A program made the position numbers and the translations under genes. Below the pieces are notes generated by a model. The model made no database searches and was not told the DNA's origin. It saw nothing but the letters and a program-made list of their open reading frames with translations. A stretch of DNA of 64,000 nt from Okamejei kenojei. Taxonomy: Eukaryota. The stretch covers positions 52,142,001 through 52,206,000 of the forward strand of contig CM069140.1 in assembly GCA_035221665.1 (NCBI GenBank), read 5' to 3'. Positions 50,926 through 62,489 of this stretch are shown piece by piece; the stretch's first letter is position 1; each line of letters opens with the position of its first letter.

Positions 50926-53900
50926 GTAAGTGAATTACTATTTCATTTGCCCTTCTACAGTCTGTATTTTAGCCTTCATTTTGTTGCAGGTGAAATGCAC
51001 ATCAAATCTAATGTTTATTTGGTGACAATAAATTTGCGGTTTACATTATGATCACTAGTGAACAGCACTGTATGACTGGGGGTTGCAGATCATTATTGCA
51101 ATATATGGATGGCATATTGTTAGTGGTGGACATGACACTGGCATATGTGACAAAGATATTCAGAGTAAATATATTGGCCATTCTTTTGTTCATCCATGCC
51201 TGCATTTGTGCTTCACATGACTCTTCTCTTACCCCTCCCTCTTCATCTTATCTCATTAATTTATTCTTTAAATTCCTTATACCTCCTCATGTTTTTTTTC
51301 AGGCTTCCTCTTGCCTCAACAACTTTGTGTACATTCTAACCTTTTTGTAAATAAAATACATTTCTTATGAATTCCCATGGTCATCAAAGTAATGACCTCT
51401 GGCTTCTGGCACCACTTGTAAGTGCCTGGTGGGCTTATGCTGAAGTTACTTGTGTTTTGACACATCCCAATTTGATGTATTTAACATGTGATTTATGTGG
51501 TAGATAAGACCCCTCTGTGCCCATTTCCAAATGAGATGGCAATGGATGGCAAATTCTCCACTGCAGCAGTCAGAAGGCTGAACCATTTCAAGTTCCAATG
51601 TAAAATTATTGTTATGTATCTACTGTCTTGTTTCATTTTTTCCCTTGTATGGGCCTAGTAACAGCGAGCCATTCAGGAAGAGCATCTTGCTGTGTTTTGT
51701 TTCCTATTGCACAGATCCTTGTTCACATGGCCTCAAGTCATATTTTGTAGTGTTTAAACTTACATGTTTTAAGGTTGCAGCAATAAATTGTTATGTGTAT
51801 CACAAATACTAGGATTCCTGAACATCGAATTTTGTATAATCCAGTGAACTTCATAACACTCTACACTTTGTAACTTTAACAAATCATGTTCGCCTCTGGT
51901 CTTTGGGTTTTAAGTGATATCAATAACTTTTAAGGAATACGGTAACTTTGAGCATTTAATCGGCAGTGACCAGCATAATAAATAGATACTATAGAGACAT
52001 AAGGTAGACTGCCTAGGTCACAGAGGGAGATGTTGGTTGGGTTCCAGGATAAACACAGTGTAAGTTACAGAAGACAAGAATGCATTAGCCACAGAAGGGA
52101 CTTGTATAACTGACGGGAAAGTAAACCAAAACTGAACTTTGAGAAGCTGCTGACAGTTTTGGATTCACAATCTCCTCATAGTTCTCTGATGAAAATCCAC
52201 CTCCAAAACTGCATGGCTTTAGATATAATAAATAAAACTAAAAGGTTCATGTATCTTTAAACTTGTATCAATCAGAAATGAAACACTTACCTGAGTTACA
52301 GTGTAAATAGGTTACGCTTGTAGGATGGGAAACTATCTTACATCATCTGTCCAAATTGCTTTTGTTTTCCACATCTTTTGAGGTTCATTGAATCTCAATA
52401 GATTTTACATTCCTCGCTGCCAATAGCGCACATGTTTACATATCTTTCTTTGTGTTGCAAGTTTAAAAATTTCTTTCAGGAAAGGCAATTTCTAAATAAT
52501 GTCTGTGATCCCATATACCTGCTGAAAAAGAACTTTAATCCACTGTATTATAAATGAGACTAAATTGCCTTAACAATAATTGAATTTGGAAAATAGTAGT
52601 TTTAAGATTAGTTTAACTTATTCTTTATTTTAAAAATAGTATTCAAATCCTAGTTTCATTTTATGTTGACTTTTGATAATTGACAAACCCAGGCTCCTGA
52701 AAGCACACAATGTTATGGCTGACCAAATGAGGTTCCTGATTACTAACATCTTTTGTTTGTCTTGCACCAATACTCTGGATACCTCATATCCATATACTTG
52801 CACATAGCTTTATAGTTTATGGATCCAGCTAAGCATTCGGAATAGAATAAACGTAATTCCCATCACGTCTACCCACACTCCTGAATAAACCATTACAGGG
52901 ACAAATGACACAAATGGTCATGCTTCACAGCTCATTTGCCTTCAATTATACCCAAACTGCAAATTTCTGTCCAATCTGCTAAATAGAATTGCAATCCACA
53001 AATTTACATTATTTATCAGAATTGAATATGGACTAAACTGTGTGTTTATACAATATATACACTTCTGAAGGCAATTGTCATTTGGAAATAGTCTTATTAA
53101 AATAACAAAAAAACTTTAATTTCTTTAAATATTAAACAACATTTTTGTGAGGCTGTTTTTTGTAACTCAAATTCTCTGAATGAATGTTTTTATTCTTTTA
53201 TTTAAAATAATCCTCACCACAGAAAATTCCCTCAAGACCAAAAACTGTTAAACAGAATTAGCCATATACAGTTGCAGGCTTAACTGCTTTCCTTTTATGA
53301 TGCGAGGTTAAAGATCACTGGAATGTAGGAAAAAAAGTTTGACCCTACCTCCAGATTAGGTTTACTGATGCTGCCCAGATACTGGGCTTCACATGGTTTG
53401 ATTTATGAAGCTTCTCAAATTGGGGTCAGACTCTTGCCAGTTCAGAGCAATGGCATTGCAATAACTCAAATGCCTTTTCTCATTATAATATGTTTTAATG
53501 CATAGTAGCTTGGCGATTCTAAGCAATAGAAGCATTCTTCCAAGACTGTAGCAATAAAATGGTCAATTGTTCTTGTAAATCCTAAACACTAGAAAGGGCT
53601 TACGCAACTAATTCCCAACACAATGCTCTTTGTCTGCGGATATTCCATTATGCTCCCTGACGTTAGCAATAGCAGAGCAGAATGAGACCCTGAGTTGCAT
53701 TGAGAACAGAATACTGAATGACATCCAGCACTCAACTGACAGGCCTCAAAACAAGTGAAAAAGGTTGTAGGAAAATATACAAAGAGGTACTCATGGGGAG
53801 GCACAGACTACTGGGCTGGGACTTAAATTACTTCCATAGGGATTTGCTTTGATTTAAAAAGGGTTAAGTCCCAGAATGTGGAAATGTAATTGAAAGGAAA

Positions 53901-54689
53901 GCCCCTTTCCTTTAATGTTAGTAAAATCTTAAGAACTGAAGATGAATTTTAGTGTAGAAATTCATATCTGTTGTTTAGGCAATACAGGAGCAGCTGCGAC
54001 AGACATACACTTTCCAAATTCAGGTTCATTGAAGTTGGTCAAACTGAATTTCATTAGCAGCCATGCTCTACTGTTCTGTGATCATTCTGCAATTTAACAC
54101 AATGACTGGGAATGAATTTCTGCTCCACAGTTCCCCAGTGATGTATTAGAATGATGCAAGTGTGTTGATCCATTGCATTAAACTTCAGTTGCAACTGAGG
54201 CCAAAAGTTTTAGAGACTTGGCTTGCACTGGGGGAATGGGTGAGGGAGAGGTGCCACTATAAATCAGATAGCTCTTGTTGCCTGTCATATGCTGGGGTCT
54301 GTAGGGGGGTCTGTGATTGGAGGCCATTAAGGAGACTGGCCTTTGCAATGTCTGTGGCAGATGGGCAAAAGGAAGACTGGGTCTCAAAATTGGAAGGGAG
54401 CAGGGTTTCATGGGAGGGTTCGCAGCGGCAGTGAAAGCGGCGAGGAAAATTGCAGTTCTGAGAGGGTATAGATTAGAGGTAATAGGTTGCCTAGCGATCA
54501 GCAAGTGTAGGAGGGAGTTGGCTTCAAAGCAGCTGATTGATAAGGTGAGGGGTCATGGCTGGGTGGTGGCCAAGGTCATCATAAAGTAATTTACTCTTGC
54601 AAGCTTCTGCATGTCAATACTAGGAGTGTTCAATAATGCACAACCCCAAAACAATATGCTCCAAAAGGAGTATTTCATGAGGAACAATA

Positions 54690-55082
54690 TCAAGTCAAGC
54701 CAGCTTTATTTGTCATACACATACAAAATGTGCAGTGAAATGAAAGTGGCAATGACTGCGGATTGTGCAAAAACTACAGAACAGAATGGAACAGAATCAG
54801 TATTTACATGTTAGAAAGTAGTTTTTTTACAAAAGACACTACACAACAGTAAATTAGTACAGTAAATTAGTCCCTGGTGAGATAAGAGTTTACAGTCCTG
54901 ATGGCCTGTGGGAAGAAACTCTGTCTCATCCTCTCTGTTTTCACAGCATGACAGCGGAGGCGTTTGCCTGACCGTAGCAGCTGGAACAGTCCGTTGCTGG
55001 GGTTGTAGGGGTCCCCCATAATGTTGCTGGCTCTGGATCTGCACCTCCTGGTGTATAGATCCTCAGGGGGACGAGTGTAGTT
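54690..55082 (-). mobile_element. Rex1/Babar-type LINE 3' end
   Basis: EDLYTRRCRSRASNIMGDPYNPSNGLFQLLRSGKRLRCHAVKTERMRQSFFPQAIRTVN, with a 3' AATAAA plus cttga tail. Confidence 0.85.
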
Positions 55083-56004
55083 CATCATCCTGTAAACCCC
55101 TGATGATGAAATTGTGTTTGTAGTCATAAGCGAAGCTCTTCACAGGAAGTGATTGATTACATTTTTTGAATAGCGTGAAACAAGCTGACAATGGTTGTTA
55201 TCGTACATAGCTTGTGAAATAAATTGATCTCCAAATACATAAGGCTGAAAAGTGTTCTAGAATTGTAATTCCACACATGTGAATTTTAGGTTTTCAAGTA
55301 TTTTGCTCATGAAGGATATAAGAACGAGCTGATAATTGCACACTGTGGGCAACAAGCCATCCGTGAGCTTGATGTTTAATGGATCTAGTCTTGACAAAAG
55401 TGCTTTAAGGTTTGCAAAGTAAATAGAGCAGGAAGCTGAGAAATGTGAAATCAGTGTCCAATCAGGTACAAAAATAATCAGAAAAAGGACAGAAATGTTA
55501 AATTAAGAGCAAGAAGGAGAGGGAATGTGTATAAAGTAGAAATAATTAAAATTTGACATTAAAATACATTCATAATAAAGATTTGTAGCTTTAAAGGGTA
55601 AATATTTATAATTATTTAATTTCTGGGCAAAAAAAAAGTTGAATCATGGCATTTGTTGGACCACTTTTAAGGTAATGCAAGCTTTGCCTATACAGCTTCC
55701 ACAAATAATTGATCTCTTTTAGCACAAAGTTGTTCTGTCAAAACTGCACCTTGCTTCTCCAAGGTCAATATCTCCATTGTGAGGTGCACTGTCCAGAACT
55801 GGACAAAGTATCCAGATAGGAAGGACCCAGTCCAGAAACCAGTGTAACTGTAGCTCAAATCACAATATAGATCAATGAATGGTGGTGCTGGCTAGAAGGG
55901 CCGAATGGCCTCCTCCTGCACCTATTTTCTATGTTTCTATCAAACACAAATGATCACCTTATTATTGAGCATGTGTTTATTAAGTGGAAGAGTACCACCT
56001 TTGT

Positions 56005-56095
56005 GAGACACAAAATGTTGGAGTAACTCTGAGTTACTCCAGCATTTTGTGTCTATCTTCGGTTTAAACCAGCATCTGCAGTTCCTTCCTACACA
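56005..56095. mobile_element. Minimal fold-back Penelope-type repeat
   Basis: agacacaaaatgttggagtaactc-t-gagttactccagcattttgtgtct forms a near-perfect palindrome, followed by the family 3' tail. Confidence 0.8.
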
Positions 56096-56186
56096 AACCA
56101 CTTATTATTGTTAGTTCATGTAAAACATCAATCTATATCAATCTTAAAATTAATATGTTATAGGTTTTATTTTAACTGGACCCCAG

Positions 56187-56676
56187 AAAGCCTTGGATAT
56201 CAGGAACCACTAGAGCGTCCCTTGTAGCCAAGGTCCGGAGGGCAAGGCGCACCGCCACTCCACCTTGGGTCCGTAGGGGGAGGAGCGGTTCTGTTGTCAG
56301 CAACCGGATGCTGGTGATGGGATCTAGGGAGTGGGTACGGCCAAAGATGTTCTGGTTGGGTTGCTGCTGGGCCTGGCCAAGCTGGCCATCCGCGAGTCAC
56401 GGCACCGGGCGGAAGAGTGCTTTGCCCGAACCAGATGCTTGCCCCTTTTCAGGAGTTACGTCCTCGCCCAGTTGGTGTTAGAGAGGGACATAGTTGTATA
56501 GTAGTTATTTAGTATATTTGTAAAGATTGTGACATAGTTGTTTGAAAATTGACTGTCTCTAGATAGTTTGGTGATTTTGTACTATGGTGGTGGGTGTGTT
56601 ATCACAGTTTGGTTTTCGTATTGTGATTGTAATTAAATAAGTTATTTTTGCTACAAAAAAAAAAAAGCCTTGGATA
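56187..56676 (+). mobile_element. 5'-truncated L1/Tx1-type retrotransposon with poly(A) tail and 13-bp TSD
   Basis: aaagccttggata at 56187-56199 and 56664-56676, with a poly(A) run before the second copy. Peptide DVLVGLLLGLAKLAIRESR...CLPLFRSYVLAQLVLER resembles recalled Tx1 ORF2 C-termini. Confidence 0.75.
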
Positions 56677-57834
56677 GTAATGGCTTCTGTAGACTTACCT
56701 AGTCATTTATTTCACATATCTCAAATCCTGCATAAACAAAAGTTTTTGTTTTTAACAGTAAATTTTAACAAGCAAATAGTAAACATTAAAGGCTTCAAAG
56801 CTGTCTGTGAAATGTATTCAGCCCAAACACTTATTTTCTGGGAGCTATGCACACCAACCATGTGGTGTGACGGCAGAATGATTCTCTTATACCCACATAT
56901 TCATAACATGTTTTGAAAATAATTTACTGTGTAATTTATGTCCCAGTGGTGTTGATCCTTTGTATTACACTTAGTGATGCCAAATAGCTCTAGTCTCCAG
57001 TGAATACTTTACATGGTTTGGCATATGTACAACAGTTGCTGTGTATTAGGCCATGTGCATTTGTTTGAACTTTGCTCTTTATTTACAGGAGATACCATCA
57101 GCTACCTCATTTGTGTACATTGCCCTACATATGGAAACATTCTCCTATCGGGCAGCAGCAAATCCATAATTTTCCTTGATATGAAAAACTGGAATATTGA
57201 TAATTTTCTAGCCTTTATTATCTGTGAGGGTTATCACGATCACTCATTTGTATGTTGCATGCAAATGTTTTTTGTGCATGAAAAATATTTTAGATCAATA
57301 GCAGAAAATTCAAATTTCTGCTATTAATCTATAGAATTTATTTTTCCGTAGGTATCCTATTTAAATGCACACTATCGATCAGGGTAAATGAGCTCAGCAT
57401 TAGTCAGAACTTATACAAGCAAGCATTTTCTGGCATTTACAAATACAAATCAGTTCCCTCTTGTCGCTTATTATCATGTTCTGCTAAATCTGTAAATGAA
57501 TTGAAACAGGCATTGGACAACAGTTCCATTTTATGCTGATGGATTAACAGAAATAAATAACTTTCATTTATGTAATTCCTTTCACAGCCTCAGGATCTCT
57601 CAGTCCTTCTTTGTCAAAGGAGTACTTCTCCATTGTGTTTGCTTTTGTAATGCAGGAAAATATAAACAGTAATGCATGGTTGAGTTGCACAAACAACAGT
57701 GTAAGAAACTATCTGAAAATCTGTTTTGGTGATAACGGATGAGGGATTTTGTCTGCACACATGGAGAAATTATTACATATTTTCAAATGGTATCAAAGTA
57801 CATCTTGCTTGATCTTACCAAATGCTTGATTTAA

Positions 57835-57925
57835 TGAAGGGTCTCGACCCGAAAAGTTACCTATTCCTTTTCTCCAGAGATGCTGTCTGACCCGCTGAGT
57901 TACTCCAGCTTTTTGAGTCTATCTC
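57835..57925 (+). mobile_element. Penelope-like terminal repeat copy
   Basis: gaagggtctcgacccgaaaagttacctattcc...ctgagttactccagc. Confidence 0.8.
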
Positions 57926-59533
57926 ACATCCCAAGAGTTGGGACTGTTTAGCACTCTGATATTCTATCAAGAGGCCGTCAGCCTACTTTATATGATAAAT
58001 CTTTGGAATAAAATAGAGAGAAAATGTTTCTGTTTGACCTGTGTATTGGTAAAAGTATTGATAAAATAGAATATTAGCTAAATACTTTCATGGAAGCATT
58101 AGTTTAGTTAGCTGCCTGATTTCAATAGTCCATACATAATTTTTGATGCACGCATAATCACTGTTAAGAGTTTATTTAATCTCTTGAAGGCAGATAAATC
58201 AGTGCTTGGACTATAAACAGATTAAAAAAATGGTTGGAATTTCTCCTAACAACCAATGTATTCTTTTAAAATCAATATCTGCTTTTGTGTATCTGATTGT
58301 TCTAATCCATTTGAATCACTTTGTAACCAATTAATATTCAAACTTAAATCAATAAATGGCAAGGAATTCTTATACCAGTTATTAGCCATCTCTGACAAAC
58401 AGAGTCTAACTACATCCCAAGACATTCTTTGCTTCCATTTACTTTTGTTTAGCTTAATATTTTCCCTTAAAGTTTTATCGTGGGTAAAATTGACCCTCAT
58501 TGATAAATGCATGAGATTAAAATGACTCAGATGCAAAGAAGTGGGATTGTGGTTTGGTTAAGAACGGCATTTATCAAATCTCTTGAAGATTTGCTCCAAA
58601 GTAAGATAATTTACTTTGTTTGAGTTTGAAAGAGGGTGGGGAGATATTATCCCTTCCTTAAAAAAAACAAGAAGTATGATACTGTAGTAATTGATTCATG
58701 GATACATCATGAAAAATGTTAGAAAACCATTTCCTTATTCTGCCATGGCTTTTTCTGTGACTTCGTCAGAGTACAGGTTTTGGCTGAAACAAATAATGAT
58801 TGTGTGAGCTTGGCAGCATGTTTTTATTTAGTCTCTCTGTGCATTCTGTTGCATAGTATCACAGTTGATTATAAATCGCTTATTTAAAAAATCATTGTCT
58901 TTGTTCAGTAGAGTAACATTGAATTGAGTTGGGGGTCATGTAAAGGTAAACCCAATTATTAAGGAGTTAATAACATTGCTGCAAAACCTTTCATTGAGAC
59001 ATTTTTAAGGTACAGAGTCTCTTTATCTTCGCTGCTTGGAGTTCCAAAATGTGCAAAAGAAAATCTTTTCAGGATCTTTAGGGCAAACAATTATGGTAAT
59101 TGTTGGTTGTGGGTGTTAAGGGTTGTGTGGAGAAGGCAGGAAAATGGGATTAAGAGGCAGAGGTCAGCCATGATTAAATGGCGGAGCAGACTCGATGGGC
59201 TGAATGGACTAATTCTACTCCTATAACTTGTGAACTCTCAGTGGCCTGTGGTCTTAACATATCTCTTACTCATTATATCTGCCTTATTCACCCATGGCTG
59301 TGCAAGATGAGACCTGAAAATAAACTCAGAATTACGCAGAAAGTAGTTAATATTTGTAATGGTTTTCTCACAAGTGACCGTGTGTGATTAAAATATAAAT
59401 AGTATAAATTGGCAACTCATGGCTTTTAGTTTGAATTTGTGACTGTTTGAATTTATTTGTAGCTGGTATAGAAAAGAAAGTTAAGGATTAAATGATATGG
59501 CCAAAAATAGTCGTCATTAATATCACAAGCACA

Positions 59534-59679
59534 ATCTGATTCTCAGAATAGACACAAAAAGCTGGAGTAACTCAGTGGGACAGGCAGAGATGCTGCCTGT
59601 CCTGCTGAGTTACTCCAGCTTTTTGTGTCCATCTTCGGTTTAAACCAGCATCTGCAGTTCCTTCCTACTCATCTGATTC
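59534..59679. mobile_element. Fold-back Penelope-type repeat with 9-bp TSD
   Basis: atctgattc at 59534-59542 and 59671-59679. Arms gacacaaaaagctggagtaactcag..ggacaggca / tgcctgtcc..ctgagttactccagctttttgtgtc. Confidence 0.85.
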
Positions 59680-59754
59680 CGAGTGCCAGCCTGGGAGAGA
59701 AAACATTTCCCTTGCATTTGCGGTGACAGTGAATTCCTGCATGCAAACTACTAT

Positions 59755-59893
59755 GGATAGAAACATTGAAACATAGAAAATAGGTGCAGGAGGACCTTCG
59801 AGCCGACATCGCCATTTATTGTGATCATGGCTGATCGTCCCTAATCAATAACCCGTGCCTGCCTTCTCCCCATATCCCTTGATTCCACTAGCC
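59755..59893 (-). mobile_element. CR1 3' UTR fragment
   Basis: atagaaacattgaaacatagaaaataggtgcaggagg tail. Reverse complement of the 3' ends at 34440-34508 and 55875-55940. Confidence 0.75.
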
Positions 59894-60790
59894 TGGGCTG
59901 GATGACTGGAAGATATTTGTTAAAAAGGAGTTTTACAATATTACCTTAAACCAGCAAGAAGCTTGATGTGTAAATCCTTAACATTTTTCCGGAATGTTTA
60001 TGGTGTCCTTAAATCCCCTTTTTTGTTGCTCTTTTCCAGTAGCTGATTTTCTTTTTCATTTTTGGTCATTTCCATGGTAGCTGTGAGGTTGGAATTCCAT
60101 CTTTTGTATATAGGACTAGTGATTTGTGGTTCACATAATGATGGTGTGTAAAATGAAGGGAAACTTACTTATCCCACCTGTGATGAGAGAGTCCATGAGA
60201 TTGCCAAACTGCTGTAGACCCCAGCAATGGCCTGCACTCAGCACACCAAATGCAAAGCAGCCCCAAACTCCACATCTCATCGCTGAGTGGCAGGGTTGCT
60301 TATACCAGTTCGCCCAGCACCAGCTCTCGCAGGCAGCCTCTCCACACCAAGCTGTTAGTGATTCATTGCTACAAGAGTGGCAGTGGACGACACAGGTATG
60401 CGGCAGGGTCCAAGGACCCAGGTTCCCAGCTCAGCATTTGGGAAGCAAGGGTGTCGGGGGTTTGGCAAGTGGTTCACACCAGGTTCTTGGTGAAGTACCA
60501 GCCACGGCAGGGACAGTCTAGCACAGGTTTCCTTGTCGCCTATTCCATTAGCAGTCTTGATCCTGGCAGTTCATTCCGAATACCTTGGAAGGCAACAGTG
60601 CTCGGATGAAATATTTCTCAGCTGCTAAAGGATGTAAGAAAGGAAATGGCAGATACTCTGACATTCTTGGGTATGAGAACCAAATTAGTGGATGCCAATG
60701 AATCAAGAATCTGATAGATAAATTAGATTTTCTTTCCTGTTGTTTAATGAACAAGCTGCCACTTACAGTATAGTTTGAAAGTTCAGGTAA

Positions 60791-60927
60791 ACAATAATTA
60801 TTTAAAGATGACACAAAGTTCTGGAGTAACTCAGTGGGTCAGGCAGCATCTCTGAACAAAAAGGATGGGTGACGTTTCGGAAATGGACCCTTCTAAACCA
60901 GCATCTGTGGTTCATTGTACAATAATT
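60791..60927. mobile_element. Inverted-junction Penelope-type repeat with 9-bp TSD
   Basis: acaataatt at 60791-60799 and 60919-60927. A minus-oriented body is followed by the plus-oriented tail aaaccagcatctg. Confidence 0.8.
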
Positions 60928-62347
60928 TAAGTTTATCAGCAGATTTAATTAAGATGCAAAATATATTCAGACAAAAGCTGTTGCCATTATCTCCAATATT
61001 CTATATAATATAGTTGGAATATTTTTAACTCGTTAGTTTCCAGGCCAAGCAGCAACTGTGGAGAGAGAGTTAATTTTTCAGATTTATAATTAGTTATCCA
61101 TTATCAGATTAAAGGTCATCAATCTGAAGTGTTAACATTGCTATTATCTCCATAGATGTTGCTTGATAACTGAATATTTTCTTGTTTTATTTCACTTCTC
61201 CAGTATGTGCATTTTTTTGCTTTTGATTTCACTGCTGTTTCCATTCTATTTTCTGTTTTACAATAGCCTTCAGCCATCTGGTCATTGGATGTATGTTGGT
61301 CATATGCAGCAGCACAAAACAAGCCAATGTAAACCAGTGGGTGGCTGTACATTCGACCAGATTTTCTACTGTCATTGGATCAAATAATATCTTATAGGCT
61401 GATTCTTAATTGTGTGCTTTCTGCTGCTGCCCAAGACTAATTTCATTTTTACTGCATCACTAGTCGATATTTTAACATACCAGGAAATTAATCATATTCA
61501 AGCAATTACAACAGGTAGATATTGCTGTGCAGTAATAGTTGAATGAGATCTGCTTTGGAAGAGCCTAGATGAGTTTGTGCAATTTGTTTGGCTATAAATG
61601 TTAATTAACAAAAAAAAGTTTTATTAATACCTAAAATCACTTTAAACCACAATTAAACAGTTAATGTTTGATGGCGCACTTGGAATTCATTCTTCCTAAT
61701 ATCCCAGTCATAAAGATGTATCGACTAATTTGAAACTATTAATGTATGCAAATGACTGACTGATTTATGATCAATGAAGCAATTGCATTATTCTTTTAAG
61801 GCAATGGTTACTGAATTTCTGTGATTTTCCAGAGCTTTTGTAATGAAACCTGATATGGGGGGAACTGGCCTGAGTTATTTGTATGCTTTAGTACTCTCGA
61901 CACTTGACAATGATCACAAAACAAATTAAGTTTCCAGTGCCTATAATTGCATGCCTTTCAAACAATGAAATATAAAAGAAGCAAACTACAGCACTTCCTG
62001 TCAAAGACAAAAGCTGTAGGTTCTCGTCTGGCATTTTATAAAGCACAGATTTGACTAATTCCCTGGTTTATGTTCTGCTTCAACAGCTGATGACAGCCGT
62101 CAGTTCTATATAACAACGGCCCTATGGGGAAACATTTACTTTGATGTCACGGATGTTAGATTGTATTTGCAATAAGATTAAAGATGAACCAAATCACTGC
62201 TATACCATAATGGACTGTTAACTTGAGTTATTCTGCTATCGCCAATCTCTGTCATCCACTTCTGCGATAGTTCCCCCTTCGGATTTTGCTTCTACAGATG
62301 TACTCTCTCTACTACAATCTATGTCTAATTTACTCTCCCCACTACTA

Positions 62348-62430
62348 TCAGTCTGAAGAAGGGTCCCGACCCAAAAACGTCACCCGTCCATTTTCTCCGC
62401 TGAGTTACTCCAGCACTTTGTGTCAATCTT
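62348..62430 (+). mobile_element. Penelope-like terminal repeat copy (internally deleted)
   Basis: cagtctgaagaagggtcccgacccaaaaacgtcacc...ctgagttactccagcactttgtgtc. Confidence 0.75.
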
Positions 62431-62489
62431 AACCATTTCAAATAGTTAGTTTTCCTTGTTACTTTTAGTTAACTTCACAACTCGAGTCA

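Noticed and set aside
54160-54590. Overlapping 90-108 aa ORFs in a GC-richer patch
   Set aside because: There is no recognisable domain or splice context. The purine-skewed composition fits an old antisense LINE relic.
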